Positions 8,528 to 18,496 of a stretch of 63,834 bases of DNA are shown piece after piece. Below the pieces are notes generated by a model that was given only the letters and a program-made list of their open reading frames with translations, searched no databases and was not told where the DNA came from. Source of the stretch: Lachnospiraceae bacterium (GTDB taxonomy: Bacteria; Bacillota; Clostridia; Lachnospirales; Lachnospiraceae). The translations under genes were made by a program, and so were the position numbers. Each line of letters opens with the position of its first letter. Within the stretch, counting starts at the first letter, position 1. The stretch is from the NCBI GenBank assembly GCA_045604025.1, contig JAZUNG010000027.1, positions 1-63,834 of the forward strand, read 5' to 3'.

Positions 8528-11020
8528 ATGAGAAAGAAAAGACGTTCCACATATTCAACATATGCGCGCAGGAACTGGTTTTCCAGGAACAAGGTGCTGA
8601 TCATCATTGTCAGCACTCTTTTATTTCTGGCACTTGTGGCCGGAGGTGTCCTGTTCTTTCTGAATATGCAGAAGAGGCAGCAGGAGTCAGGGATCAAATA
8701 CGAGGCCATGAGATCTGCATCCATCCCGGTATTGTCCATGACATACAATGCCATGCAGGTCAATACGCTGCACGGCTATACACAGGAGATGGATATCCAT
8801 TATATCAGACACAATATCTATGTATTGGAAGACACCTATGATATCCCCATCACCGTATCTCTGTATGGCAACAGGGTCAATTCCATATCGTTCAAGGTAA
8901 TAGATGCCGAGGTAAACAATCTGATACAGAATGCCACGGTGGAGGACTATCAGACCTCTGATGACAAGCTCATATGCACGCTCAAGATCGACAATCTGAT
9001 AGATGAGGGCAGAGAGTATATCCTGGATGTGATCATCAGCACGGCCAGAGCAGACGAGATCCATTACTATACACGTATCAAGAGGGATGTCACCACGTCT
9101 CTTAAAGGGCAGATCGAGGCAGCCCTCAGATTCCACCAGGCTATCTATAATGCAAATGATGACGAGGTCAAGGCATATATCGTCAGCATGCTCGATACAA
9201 AATACTGGATGGATGACAACACTGATTTCAGCAATGTCAGCCTGTATTCTTCTATTTCCAGCGTGACCTGGGGCAAGATGAACGCACAGCTGGAGGGAGA
9301 TCCGGAGATAGAGATCCTGGATGTAGACGGCGAGCTGGGATATCTGCGGATCAACTATATCATGTCACGCGCTGCAGGAGAGGATACCGAATACTACAGA
9401 GTATCTGAGTATTACAGAATGAGGGTGGCAAATGAATATGCCTATATCCTGAATTATGAGAGGACCTGTGACCAGGTATTTGACCCGGAAGCCGCGGAAA
9501 CCGTCGGAACAAAATCTGCCAAGCTGGGAGTGATCAGCGACAAGGATATCTCCATGCTGTCCAATCTTTCCGGTACGCTGTCATGCTTCGTAGCCGACCA
9601 TACACTGTGGGCCATGGACACAGAGACCAAGACTCTGAAGAGGATATTCTCATTCTCATCCGGCTTCAACGATCTGAGAGGCAATTACAGCAAGCACAAT
9701 ATACGTATAGTCAATGTCTCTGACGAAGGAGACATCCAGTTTATCGTTTATGGATATATGAATGCCGGCCTGCATGAGGGCAAGGTCGGTATCGGTATGT
9801 ATACTTACCATGCAGATATAGAGGAGGTATCGGAGGAGATATTCATTCCGACCAATCTTCCGTATGAGATACTGAAGAATTCAGTCGGAAATCTCTTCTA
9901 TCTGAGCAGCAGCAACTACCTGTATATCATGATGGACCAGTACCTGTACAGGCTGGCTCCCGACAGCGATGAGGCTGTTCTGGTCACAGACGGACTGGTA
10001 GACGGTACATATATGATCCACTCTGAGGGCAAGCTGATCGCATGGCATGATGAGAGCAGGGTAAACGATGCAAAGAGTATCACAGTCCTCAACCTGGAAA
10101 CCGGGAAGAGCTATACAGTCAAAGCTGCAGACGGATGCTGCATCAAGGCACTGGGATTCCTGAATCAGGAGCTGGTGTACGGACAGGGCGAAGAAGGCAA
10201 TCTGTACGAAGCACAGTCCGGTCATGAGTACCTGCTGATGAGCGATATGTATGTCATAAATGACAGGCTGATCGTTGAGACCGAGACCAATGCAGGCGAC
10301 GGATTCTTCTATGATGCGTTAAATGAATATAACAGAGTAGTGCTGAAGAAGGTCATACGTACCAGAGACGGATTTGATAATTCGGATGACTACACCCTGT
10401 TTGCTGCAGAGCTGGAAGCATATCCTTCACTGGAGAAATTCACACAGTACGACGAAGTGAAAAAGACCGTATATCTGGTCAGATTTGCAGACAGTACGAC
10501 CACGGCAGGTGATCTGAAGATCAATGACGACGCAGTAGTCATGTTTACCAATGAGAAGACCATCGATATCAGAGATATGCTGGAAGACACCGGAAAGTAT
10601 TATGTATATGCTAAGGGTGAGGTTGTGGCTCTGATGGACAATCCTGCAGATGCGATCATCACTGCTTATGACCAGTGCGGAGTGGTCCTTGAGTCAGACG
10701 GAGCACTGTTCTACAAGAGAGGCCTGATGCCAGGTGAAGTGGAGCTGTCCAAGGTAACTGCAGATCTGGCTGTCGAGAAGATACGCAATAATGATATGAT
10801 CAATGTAACTGGTATTACATTGATGGAAGCGCTGTATTATACAGCGGCCAAGATCGCGTTTGCATGGGAATGGGACGGTACCACGTATCTGTTCCTGGGA
10901 TATGATTACAGTGACAATATCTTCATGATGGATGTGAATACAGGAGAGGAGATCGCGTTTACCTCTGCATATATAGAAGGCCTGATAGAGAATACCGGCC
11001 ATACTTATGTTGTGAAATAA
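8528..11020 (+). CDS. large membrane-anchored protein of unknown function
   Basis: ORF 8453..11020. I start it at [22 protein letters not shown], which is followed by one TM helix ([23 protein letters not shown]). I recognise no motif in the roughly 780-aa extracytoplasmic part. Confidence 0.6.
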   Translation: MRKKRRSTYSTYARRNWFSRNKVLIIIVSTLLFLALVAGGVLFFLNMQKRQQESGIKYEAMRSASIPVLSMTYNAMQVNTLHGYTQEMDIHYIRHNIYVLEDTYDIPITVSLYGNRVNSISFKVIDAEVNNLIQNATVEDYQTSDDKLICTLKIDNLIDEGREYILDVIISTARADEIHYYTRIKRDVTTSLKGQIEAALRFHQAIYNANDDEVKAYIVSMLDTKYWMDDNTDFSNVSLYSSISSVTWGKMNAQLEGDPEIEILDVDGELGYLRINYIMSRAAGEDTEYYRVSEYYRMRVANEYAYILNYERTCDQVFDPEAAETVGTKSAKLGVISDKDISMLSNLSGTLSCFVADHTLWAMDTETKTLKRIFSFSSGFNDLRGNYSKHNIRIVNVSDEGDIQFIVYGYMNAGLHEGKVGIGMYTYHADIEEVSEEIFIPTNLPYEILKNSVGNLFYLSSSNYLYIMMDQYLYRLAPDSDEAVLVTDGLVDGTYMIHSEGKLIAWHDESRVNDAKSITVLNLETGKSYTVKAADGCCIKALGFLNQELVYGQGEEGNLYEAQSGHEYLLMSDMYVINDRLIVETETNAGDGFFYDALNEYNRVVLKKVIRTRDGFDNSDDYTLFAAELEAYPSLEKFTQYDEVKKTVYLVRFADSTTTAGDLKINDDAVVMFTNEKTIDIRDMLEDTGKYYVYAKGEVVALMDNPADAIITAYDQCGVVLESDGALFYKRGLMPGEVELSKVTADLAVEKIRNNDMINVTGITLMEALYYTAAKIAFAWEWDGTTYLFLGYDYSDNIFMMDVNTGEEIAFTSAYIEGLIENTGHTYVVK

Positions 11021-11034
11021 ACAGGGAGATCGAT

Positions 11035-11790
11035 ATGAAGTGTATATCATGGAATGTTAACGGAATACGTGCCTGTGTCGGCAAGGGCTTCATGGATTTC
11101 TTCAATGAGGCGGACGCTGATATATTCTGTCTGCAGGAGACCAAGCTGCAGGCAGGCCAGATAGAACTGGACATGCCGGGCTACTATCAGTACTGGAATT
11201 ATGCTGAGAAGAAAGGCTATTCGGGCACTGCGGTATTTACTAAAAAAGAACCGTGGGCGGTGACTTACGGTATAGGGATTGCCGAGCATGACACAGAAGG
11301 CCGCGTGATCACGCTTGAATATGAGGATTTTTACTTTATCACAGTATATGTTCCCAACTCGGGTGATGAACTGAAGAGGCTTGCGTACCGCATGACGTGG
11401 GAGGATGCATTTCTTACGTATGTCAAGCACCTGGAGCAGACCAAGCCGGTCATCTACTGCGGAGATCTGAATGTAGCACATGAAGAGATAGATATCAAGA
11501 ATGCAAAGAGCAACAGAGGACGCTCGGGATTTACCGATGAAGAGCGCGAGAAGATGAGTATAGCCCTGGAAAGCGGTCTGGTAGATACATTCAGGTACTT
11601 CTATCCTGACAGAGAGCATGTTTATTCCTGGTGGTCATATAGATTCCATGCAAGAGAGAATAACGCTGGATGGCGTATAGATTATTTTATAGTTTCTGAC
11701 AGCCTGAAGGATAAACTGCAGGATGCAAAGATCCTGACAGATATTTATGGTTCGGATCACTGCCCTGTGGAACTGGATATAGATCTGTAA
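11035..11790 (+). CDS. xth: exodeoxyribonuclease III (AP endonuclease)
   Basis: 251 aa: [13 protein letters not shown]...FCLQETK...GDLNVAH...SDHCPV, which are ExoIII/EEP family motifs. Confidence 0.92.
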   Translation: MKCISWNVNGIRACVGKGFMDFFNEADADIFCLQETKLQAGQIELDMPGYYQYWNYAEKKGYSGTAVFTKKEPWAVTYGIGIAEHDTEGRVITLEYEDFYFITVYVPNSGDELKRLAYRMTWEDAFLTYVKHLEQTKPVIYCGDLNVAHEEIDIKNAKSNRGRSGFTDEEREKMSIALESGLVDTFRYFYPDREHVYSWWSYRFHARENNAGWRIDYFIVSDSLKDKLQDAKILTDIYGSDHCPVELDIDL

Positions 11791-11955
11791 CCAGATTTCC
11801 CATTTACAATACAAATAGATCGTTTAGCAAAAGGCTGCCTGTTCCGGGCAGCCTTCTTGTTACCTGTGAATGTCCAAAAACGCTCTTTTTTAGCGTTTAT
11901 ATAGTCTAAGATTAAAGGCCTGATAGTTTACAATAAGATGCTATAATGAAAATGT

Positions 11956-12744
11956 TCAGTTCAGAAACCACATCTCCATGATGCCGTACATCTCCCGCAC
12001 AGACAGTGAAGGGAAGAGCCACCAGAGCGTAGAAGCGGGTACCGCACCGGGATCTGACAGGCCTGCATCCTCAGCATAGGTCAGGGCCCGGTACATATGA
12101 AAGTCATTGGTGGCGATGACTGCCTGTGCCGTGAGATCGTTTTTGTCTATTATATGGGCAGCATTAGCCAGGTTTTCTCTGGTGTCGGTTGAAGAATCTT
12201 CCCTGTAGATACGTTCAGCCGCTATTCCCTTATCAGTCATATACGAATACATGGCCTGGGCTTCAGTAGTGGGCTCTCCAGGTCCCTGTCCCCCGCATAC
12301 TATACAAGCAGCATCAGGGTGTTCTTCAAGATACCGGATGGCGGCATCCATGCGCGCGATAAGAGACAGACTGGGTCCATATGAATATACTTTGCATCCC
12401 AGGACCAGGATGGTCGCTGGCCTGGGAGACTGTGTCTGTGATGCTTCCGGCTGCCTGCAGGCATTTATCATATGATAGATACACATTCCTGCCAGAGCCA
12501 TGATGGCGCACAGAGCCAGACTGACAGTTAAGATCAGTATCTTACCTACGGCGTACTTCCACAGCTTTCCGATACCGGAATTGATCTGGGTAAAGAAGAT
12601 GCCGTACAGAGTCAGCACTAAACCAATACCGGCGCCCGTGAGGACGCCGATATGAAAGTTGGCAGTTATTACACCGGGGATAAAGAACCATGCAAAGATG
12701 ACCAGTCCCGCGATGCTCAGAAAGAACCGTAAGACCTTTTTCAT
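11956..12744 (-). CDS. YdcF/SanA-like DUF218 membrane protein
   Basis: N-terminal TM helices followed by ILVLGCKV...CGGQGPGEPTTEAQAM...SSTDTRENL...TNDFHMYRA, the DUF218 pattern. Confidence 0.75.
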   Translation of the reverse strand: MKKVLRFFLSIAGLVIFAWFFIPGVITANFHIGVLTGAGIGLVLTLYGIFFTQINSGIGKLWKYAVGKILILTVSLALCAIMALAGMCIYHMINACRQPEASQTQSPRPATILVLGCKVYSYGPSLSLIARMDAAIRYLEEHPDAACIVCGGQGPGEPTTEAQAMYSYMTDKGIAAERIYREDSSTDTRENLANAAHIIDKNDLTAQAVIATNDFHMYRALTYAEDAGLSDPGAVPASTLWWLFPSLSVREMYGIMEMWFLN

Positions 12745-13946
12745 CCCAGATAGTCGTAGATGGTTTTCTCCAGCTCATCGTGGTTGTAACGCTCGATCAG
12801 GTTTTTGATCTTGGCTGAAGGATCCAGAAGATCTCCGATAGAAGCGTTGTGATTCAGCGAGTCGATGAAGTATGATATATATTTGCAGATATCCACACTG
12901 ATATAGTACTCTCTGGAGAGCAGCTCCGGTGACTGATATGTTCCGTTGGTGGTCAGTACTCTCTTGAACAGGCCATCTTTGTATGCCTGGTCAAACTTCT
13001 CCAGACCGTTGGTGAACAGACCGAATGTTGCGAAGATATAGACATCCTTCGCACCGCGTTTCTTGAGCTCTTTGGCTGTATCGATCATGCTGCCGCCGGA
13101 TGAGATCATATCGTCAACTATGATGACATCCTTGCCTTCGGGGCTGGTTCCCAGATACTCATGAGCTACGATCGGGTTGGAACCGTCAACTACCTGTGAA
13201 TAATCTCTTCTCTTGTAGAACATACCCATATCGATACCCAGCACACTGGCAAAGTATACAGAACGGTCGATAGCGCCTTCATCCGGGCTGATCATCAGCA
13301 GGTGGTCCTTGTCAAACTTGATGTTCTTCTCATACTTGGTCAGATACTTCAGGAACTGATATGAAGGTCTGATGTTTTCAAAACTGTTCAGAGGAGCAGC
13401 ATTGATAACCCTCGGGTCATGGGCATCAAATGTCAGGATATTGTCTACTCCCATTGCATAGAGCTCTTCCAGAGCCATGGCGCAGTCCAGAGACTCACGG
13501 TAAGTTCTCTTGTGCTGTCTGCTTTCATACAGGAACGGCATGATCACGTTGATACGGTTGACCTTGCGTCCGAGAGCGGCAATGATACGCTTCAGATCCT
13601 GGAAATGATCATCAGGAGACATGCGGTTCATCCTGCCGTTCATCTTGTATTCGATACTGCTGTTGCATACATCCACCAGAATGAATACGTCCATTCCTCT
13701 TGCAGAACTTCTGACTATACCTTTAGCTTCACCTGAGCCAAATCTCGGGGTGTCTACATCGATGATGTATGAATCCCTCTCATAACCGGACAGGGCGATG
13801 GAGTATTTATGTTCACTGTCACGGTTTTTACGCCATGTTGAAAGATAGTAATTGATGTTTTCTGCCATCTGTTCGCAGCCTTTCATGGCTACGATACCCA
13901 GAGAGCCTACAGGAATGGTATTGATCTCGATCTCTTCACGCAGCAT
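12741..13946 (-). CDS. prs: ribose-phosphate pyrophosphokinase family protein (long 401-aa form)
   Basis: Contains RFGSGEAKG, DAHDPRV and the PRPP-binding loop VIIVDDMISSGGSMIDTA. It overlaps the downstream gene by 4 nt. Confidence 0.75.
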   Translation of the reverse strand: MLREEIEINTIPVGSLGIVAMKGCEQMAENINYYLSTWRKNRDSEHKYSIALSGYERDSYIIDVDTPRFGSGEAKGIVRSSARGMDVFILVDVCNSSIEYKMNGRMNRMSPDDHFQDLKRIIAALGRKVNRINVIMPFLYESRQHKRTYRESLDCAMALEELYAMGVDNILTFDAHDPRVINAAPLNSFENIRPSYQFLKYLTKYEKNIKFDKDHLLMISPDEGAIDRSVYFASVLGIDMGMFYKRRDYSQVVDGSNPIVAHEYLGTSPEGKDVIIVDDMISSGGSMIDTAKELKKRGAKDVYIFATFGLFTNGLEKFDQAYKDGLFKRVLTTNGTYQSPELLSREYYISVDICKYISYFIDSLNHNASIGDLLDPSAKIKNLIERYNHDELEKTIYDYLG

Positions 13947-13951
13947 AAATA

Positions 13952-14935
13952 TTATACCTCCAAAGCTTTTTTGATCCTTATATCGTCTGCAAATAACTTA
14001 ATGACCGTATAGCCCATGGCTATGCGGGAAAAAACACGTTCTGAATATACTGACTGCAGCTGGCTGACAGACAGGTTGGATGAGATAACAGTGTGCTTCT
14101 CTTTGAGGAAGCGTTCGTTGATACAGTTGAAAAGGTGTGTCTGGACGAATGAATTGGTCATCTCGGTTCCCAGATCATCGATGATCAGCAGATCGCAGTC
14201 ATAGATCAGTCTGGCGGAGATATCCGTCTCATCGGTCCTCTGGAAAGCTGAGTCAGCAAGGATATCAAACAGTCTTACTGCGGACAGATAGACCACTGTA
14301 TATCCTGCTTCGATCAGTTCTCTGGCGATGCAGTTGGTAAGGAATGTTTTTCCGACCCCCGTCCCGCCTGTGATATACAGATTGGATGGAGAGTCCTTGA
14401 ACGTCCTTACATAGTTCATGGCCTTGGAAACAGCGTCCCTGGCCATGTCAAGTTCAGTCCGGCCTTCACGTGTGACGGCTTTCTCAGAAGAGTAGTATTT
14501 ATAATCAAATGTACCGAAGTTTTCTTTTTCAAGGATAGGGCGGATGTGTGAGAAATCGTACAGTCTGTCTATGATACGCTTACGGAAACAGCTGCACATG
14601 CTGCCGTCCTCTTCGTAGCCTGTATCGTGGCAGATGCTGCACTGGTAATGCGATTTGAGATCTTCTAAAGAATATCCTGCATCTTCCAGAAGCTGGGATT
14701 TCTGTTCATTCAGCGCAGCTATCTCGCTGCGGATATCCCTGCCGGGAGCTCCTCCGGAGATCCTCTGCCTCGCCATCTCTACATACAGTGATGTGATGCG
14801 TTCTTCTATTTTCTCCAGCTGCGGAACAGCCTTTTCGATCTGGGCTCTGCGGGCATCGAGTTCCTGTAAACTGCGAAGCTGCAGATCTTCGTATTCTTTT
14901 AAGATACTTTCGTAGGTTGTCCGCGTAATACCCAT
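13952..14935 (-). CDS. DnaC/DnaI-like helicase-loader ATPase
   Basis: Walker A GGTGVGKTFL, Walker B LLIIDDLGTE, and a Cys cluster (CSICHDTGY...CSCF) upstream of the AAA+ core. Confidence 0.8.
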   Translation of the reverse strand: MGITRTTYESILKEYEDLQLRSLQELDARRAQIEKAVPQLEKIEERITSLYVEMARQRISGGAPGRDIRSEIAALNEQKSQLLEDAGYSLEDLKSHYQCSICHDTGYEEDGSMCSCFRKRIIDRLYDFSHIRPILEKENFGTFDYKYYSSEKAVTREGRTELDMARDAVSKAMNYVRTFKDSPSNLYITGGTGVGKTFLTNCIARELIEAGYTVVYLSAVRLFDILADSAFQRTDETDISARLIYDCDLLIIDDLGTEMTNSFVQTHLFNCINERFLKEKHTVISSNLSVSQLQSVYSERVFSRIAMGYTVIKLFADDIRIKKALEV

Positions 14936-14947
14936 GGAGATCTCCGG

Positions 14948-16024
14948 CTATTTGTTAAGAAGTTTTGCTTCCAGCTCATCATAGTCGTAAGAGCGCTGCT
15001 GGAAGTTGTTGAAGTTCATCTTTATTGTAGCAGATTTCATGGGTCTTTTGGTAGTATTTCTTGAAGAAAATTCCTTGTCTGCGCGGCTGACTTCTTCCAG
15101 TGTGGTTATCCCTGCGCTCTTCCATCTTTTGAGGATGGATTCTGCATATTCGAAGCTGGGCTGATGGATGGTACTGATAGTCCTTGAGCATGCCTCCAGG
15201 ATCATATCAAGACTGAATCCGTATGACAGTACCCATCTGTCGATATAGCGGCATTCTTCTTTGGCCGGGTTCCTGCCGGTCAGGCCGAATGCCTTCATGA
15301 CAGGGTAACAGTTCTCAGAATAGATAGTATTGATCAGCTTGGCTCCTTCGGCATCTCTGATGCCCTGCTCAGCCCATGCGATAGCGGTTTTTTCTATATA
15401 ACGGATACTGGTCTTGTGTTTGTCTGCGCAGTATTCGAAGACATACTCGATCAGGTCGTCCGGGAAATGCAGACCGTCCTTCATGAACATGACGGTATTG
15501 ACATCAGCACCGGTCAGGACTCTGCCCAGGAGCTTCTGGATAACAAAGATGAGCATGGTGTTGTCGTCATCTGAAGAGAAGCTGGCCACTTCACCTCTGG
15601 AGTACTGTTTCTTCTCAGGCGCATGGAATACAGGAGTCTCTTCTTCGGGCTCTGCAGATACTTCTTCTGTGACATCCTCAGCGATATCAGAGATCTCCGG
15701 TCTCCTGATCACGGTCTCCTCGCTCTCTGGTGAAGATGTAAGGGTAAGAGACCTCAGCGTACCGTCTTCATTGAAGGACAGCTTGAGAAGGCCTTTCTTC
15801 TGCCAGTACTTGAGGGCCCTGGTGGTGTCTTTTTCGGTATTGTTGAATACGTCTGCCAGTCTGGAGATAGACAGCTCGCGGCAGTTTTCAGATATGCACT
15901 TCAGCAGATAGATATATATCTTGACGAACTCACCTGCAGCAGTGGGCATGAAATTCTCTATGAAATTGTTCGGGATGCTGGTAGTGCTTCCGTAGCCTTC
16001 CTGCTTCAGTTCAAAGTTGCTCAT
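14948..16024 (-). CDS. DnaD-domain replication initiation protein
   Basis: 358 aa. N-terminus FIENFMPTAAGEFVKIYIYLLK (winged-helix DnaD type) and a C-terminal DnaD/DnaB_2-like repeat (SIRYIEKTAIAWAEQGI; SFEYAESILKRWKSAGI). It sits directly upstream of the loader ATPase. Confidence 0.7.
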   Translation of the reverse strand: MSNFELKQEGYGSTTSIPNNFIENFMPTAAGEFVKIYIYLLKCISENCRELSISRLADVFNNTEKDTTRALKYWQKKGLLKLSFNEDGTLRSLTLTSSPESEETVIRRPEISDIAEDVTEEVSAEPEEETPVFHAPEKKQYSRGEVASFSSDDDNTMLIFVIQKLLGRVLTGADVNTVMFMKDGLHFPDDLIEYVFEYCADKHKTSIRYIEKTAIAWAEQGIRDAEGAKLINTIYSENCYPVMKAFGLTGRNPAKEECRYIDRWVLSYGFSLDMILEACSRTISTIHQPSFEYAESILKRWKSAGITTLEEVSRADKEFSSRNTTKRPMKSATIKMNFNNFQQRSYDYDELEAKLLNK

Positions 16025-16087
16025 TTTATATAAAGACCTGTCATGAAATACTGGTCGAAAGCCAGTCGTAATATCTTTCGACAGAGG

Positions 16088-17692
16088 TCAATATATCACA
16101 CTTGTTTTGGATTGAAAAGAGGCAAAAAAAGGCCCGAAATCGCGAAAATGGCGATAGTGCTTATAATGTGGAAACTGTGGATAAAGTGGATAAAAAACCG
16201 TTTCGTTTTTATGAAAAAGCCATCCATTTTCGGATGGCTTAAAATGGGCATTTATTCGATTGAATGCAACCTTTATGCAACTTGATTTTATCAACCGTAA
16301 AATTGTGGATAAAGTGGATAAGTATTTTCCAAGCAGAGAATTGCCTATATTTACAACATCTCCGGCTCCCATAGTTATCAACAGATCTCCGTCCACACAA
16401 TTTTCAAGCAAAAAATTTTCAATTTCGTCGAAGGTGGGGACATAATAACTCTCCGTACCCAGCTCAGCTATCTTTTTACTGAGATCTTCGGACGACACCC
16501 CGAAGGTATTCTGCTCCCTGGCAGCGTATATATCGGGGAGGACTACAGCGTCGGCTCTGGACAGGGCTTTGGCAAAATCATCCATCAGAGAAACTGTCCT
16601 GGAATAGGTGTGAGGCTGGAAGACAACCCAGAGTTTGTTCCTGGGGAGCTTGAGCGCTGCATCCATGGTGGCATTGATCTCATCGGGATGATGGGCATAG
16701 TCGTCGATCACGGTCACTCCGCCCAGCATGCCCTTGTATTCAAAACGTCTTTCCACGCCTGTGAACGCGTCCAGACCTGCTATGATCTTCTCCGGGGCGA
16801 TGCCTGTAGCGTCGCATGCTGCAGCTGCAGCCAGTGAATTGCTGACATTGTGCTCTCCAGGGATCTTCAGGGCCACATGTCCCAGTACCTCACCGCCTTT
16901 TACCAGGTCATACTCTCCGCATGCCATGGTATTGAAGGAGATGTTTCTGGCTGTGAAGTCGCTCTCTTCGTTCAGACCGTATGTGACTATCCGGCAGGGA
17001 AGCCCTTCTGTGAAGTATGTATAGTTTTCAATCTCGTCGTTGATGACCAGGGTTCCGTCTTTTGGTACCAGTTCGGCAAACTTCCTGAAGCTGTGTCTGA
17101 TATCATCCAGATCCTTGAAGAAATCCAGATGGTCAGCCTTGACATTCAGTATGACAGCTGTGGTAGGGAAGAATGACAGGAAGCTGTTGGTATACTCGCA
17201 GGCCTCTGCGATCATGTGATCCGGACCGCCTATGCGGGTCTGGCTTCCGAGGAAGGGAATGATGCCTCCCGACAGGATAGTGGGGTCTTCATCAGCTTCC
17301 ATATAGATCTGTGAGATCAGGGATGTGGTCGTGGTCTTGCCGTGGGTTCCGGAAACGCACAGTACATGTGTATATTCCTTCATGAGGCGTCCGAGAAACT
17401 CTGCACGTGTAAATGCGGGGATACCCTTGGCGCGGACGGCTGCCAGTTCGGGATTGCTCTCACTGATAGCAGCTGTATAGACTACGATACCTATATCATC
17501 AGAGATATTGTCTGCGCTCTGTCCGATAAAGACCGTGGCGCCGAGTCCTGCCAGTTCATCTGTAAGGGCAGACTCCTTTGAGTCTGATCCGGAGACCTTA
17601 TATCCTCTTGATAGTAAAATATTGGCGATCGAGCTCATGCTGATCCCGCCAATACCGATAAAATGTATAGTTTTATTTATATCCAGTTCCAT
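16088..17692 (-). CDS. murC: UDP-N-acetylmuramate--L-alanine ligase, with an anomalous 78-codon 3' extension
   Basis: IHFIGIGGISMSSIA and GTHGKTTTTS motifs. The Mur ligase core ends about ...ITMGAGDVVNIGNSLLGK (456 aa). The frame then stays open from the TAC at 16322-16324 to the stop at 16088. Confidence 0.85.
   Translation of the reverse strand: MELDINKTIHFIGIGGISMSSIANILLSRGYKVSGSDSKESALTDELAGLGATVFIGQSADNISDDIGIVVYTAAISESNPELAAVRAKGIPAFTRAEFLGRLMKEYTHVLCVSGTHGKTTTTSLISQIYMEADEDPTILSGGIIPFLGSQTRIGGPDHMIAEACEYTNSFLSFFPTTAVILNVKADHLDFFKDLDDIRHSFRKFAELVPKDGTLVINDEIENYTYFTEGLPCRIVTYGLNEESDFTARNISFNTMACGEYDLVKGGEVLGHVALKIPGEHNVSNSLAAAAACDATGIAPEKIIAGLDAFTGVERRFEYKGMLGGVTVIDDYAHHPDEINATMDAALKLPRNKLWVVFQPHTYSRTVSLMDDFAKALSRADAVVLPDIYAAREQNTFGVSSEDLSKKIAELGTESYYVPTFDEIENFLLENCVDGDLLITMGAGDVVNIGNSLLGKYLSTLSTILRLIKSSCIKVAFNRINAHFKPSENGWLFHKNETVFYPLYPQFPHYKHYRHFRDFGPFFASFQSKTSVIY
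16167..16321. promoter_or_regulatory. DnaA-box cluster (5 boxes in two groups)
   Basis: The plus strand carries TGTGGATAAAGTGGATAA twice (16176-16193 and 16304-16321) plus TGTGGAAAC (16167-16175). On the minus strand these read as TTATCCACA-type boxes, two of them perfect 9-mers. Confidence 0.7.
16211..16240 (-). terminator. intrinsic terminator downstream of the canonical murC end (inside the extended ORF)
   Basis: Minus-strand RNA: AAGCCAUCC-GAAAAU-GGAUGGCUU followed by UUUCAU (overall run GGCUUUUUCAU). Confidence 0.6.
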
Positions 17693-17914
17693 AAATAGTT
17701 CCTTGTTGGAAAATCGTTTAATTTACAATAGGAAATTATATCACGCGCGGAAATGCTTGGCAACTGCTTAAAACTAGTGGAGTACATCAAACGTGCAGTT
17801 GACGCAAAACCTGTGAGAAGTTTATACTTAAACAGTCGTAAGCAGCGTATTACTCATGACAGTTTTACGCTGCCTTGTGGCGCATATATTTATTACTACC
17901 AGAGGTATAAAGAC

Positions 17915-18475
17915 ATGTACATGATAGCCGGTCTTGGCAATCCGAAAAAACAATATGAGCATACCAGACACAACATGGGATTTGACTGCATCGACATACT
18001 GGCAGACAGGCTGGGCGTCAGGATGAAGCAGTCCAGATTCGGTGCGCTGGTAGGCAAGGGTACGATTGGAGGAGAACAGGTCCTGCTGGTCAAACCCCTG
18101 ACATTCATGAACCTAAGCGGAGCGGCTGTAGGCCCTCTGGCGAAGTATTATAAAATAGATACAAAGAAGGAACTGATCGTGATATATGACGACTCTGACA
18201 TGGATGTCGGCAGGATCCGTATCCGCAAGAAGGGCTCTGCTGGCAGCCATAACGGTATGAAGAGCGTCGTTCAGCATCTGGGACACGAGGAGTTCCTCAG
18301 GATCCGTGTGGGTATCGGAAAACGTCCTGAATATATGGACATGGTTGATTATGTGCTGGGCAGATTCAGCTCCGAGGAACGGAAGACCATCGATGAGGCC
18401 CTGGGCAGGGCTGCTGAGGCAGCAGAGGATGTGGTCAGAAACGGTGCGGACCACGCGATGAACAATTATAACTGA
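17915..18475 (+). CDS. pth: peptidyl-tRNA hydrolase
   Basis: ORF 17753..18475. The likely start is MYMIAGLGNPKKQYEHTRHNMGF at 17915. Confidence 0.9.
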   Translation: MYMIAGLGNPKKQYEHTRHNMGFDCIDILADRLGVRMKQSRFGALVGKGTIGGEQVLLVKPLTFMNLSGAAVGPLAKYYKIDTKKELIVIYDDSDMDVGRIRIRKKGSAGSHNGMKSVVQHLGHEEFLRIRVGIGKRPEYMDMVDYVLGRFSSEERKTIDEALGRAAEAAEDVVRNGADHAMNNYN

Positions 18476-18496
18476 AGCAGAGGATGAACCGGCTAA

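Noticed and set aside
12741-16024. The DnaD-like and DnaC-like pair as a sign of a prophage or plasmid replication module.
   Set aside because: The flanking genes are core genes (prs, murC). There are no phage structural or integrase genes. DnaA boxes lie upstream, and Clostridia commonly use such a pair as the chromosomal helicase-loading system.
16025-16330. The DnaA-box cluster as the chromosomal origin (oriC).
   Set aside because: There is no dnaA or dnaN nearby. I see no obvious AT-rich unwinding element or 13-mer repeats. There are only about five boxes, and they flank a terminator. A regulatory or titration cluster is more parsimonious. I cannot exclude oriC without genome-wide skew data.
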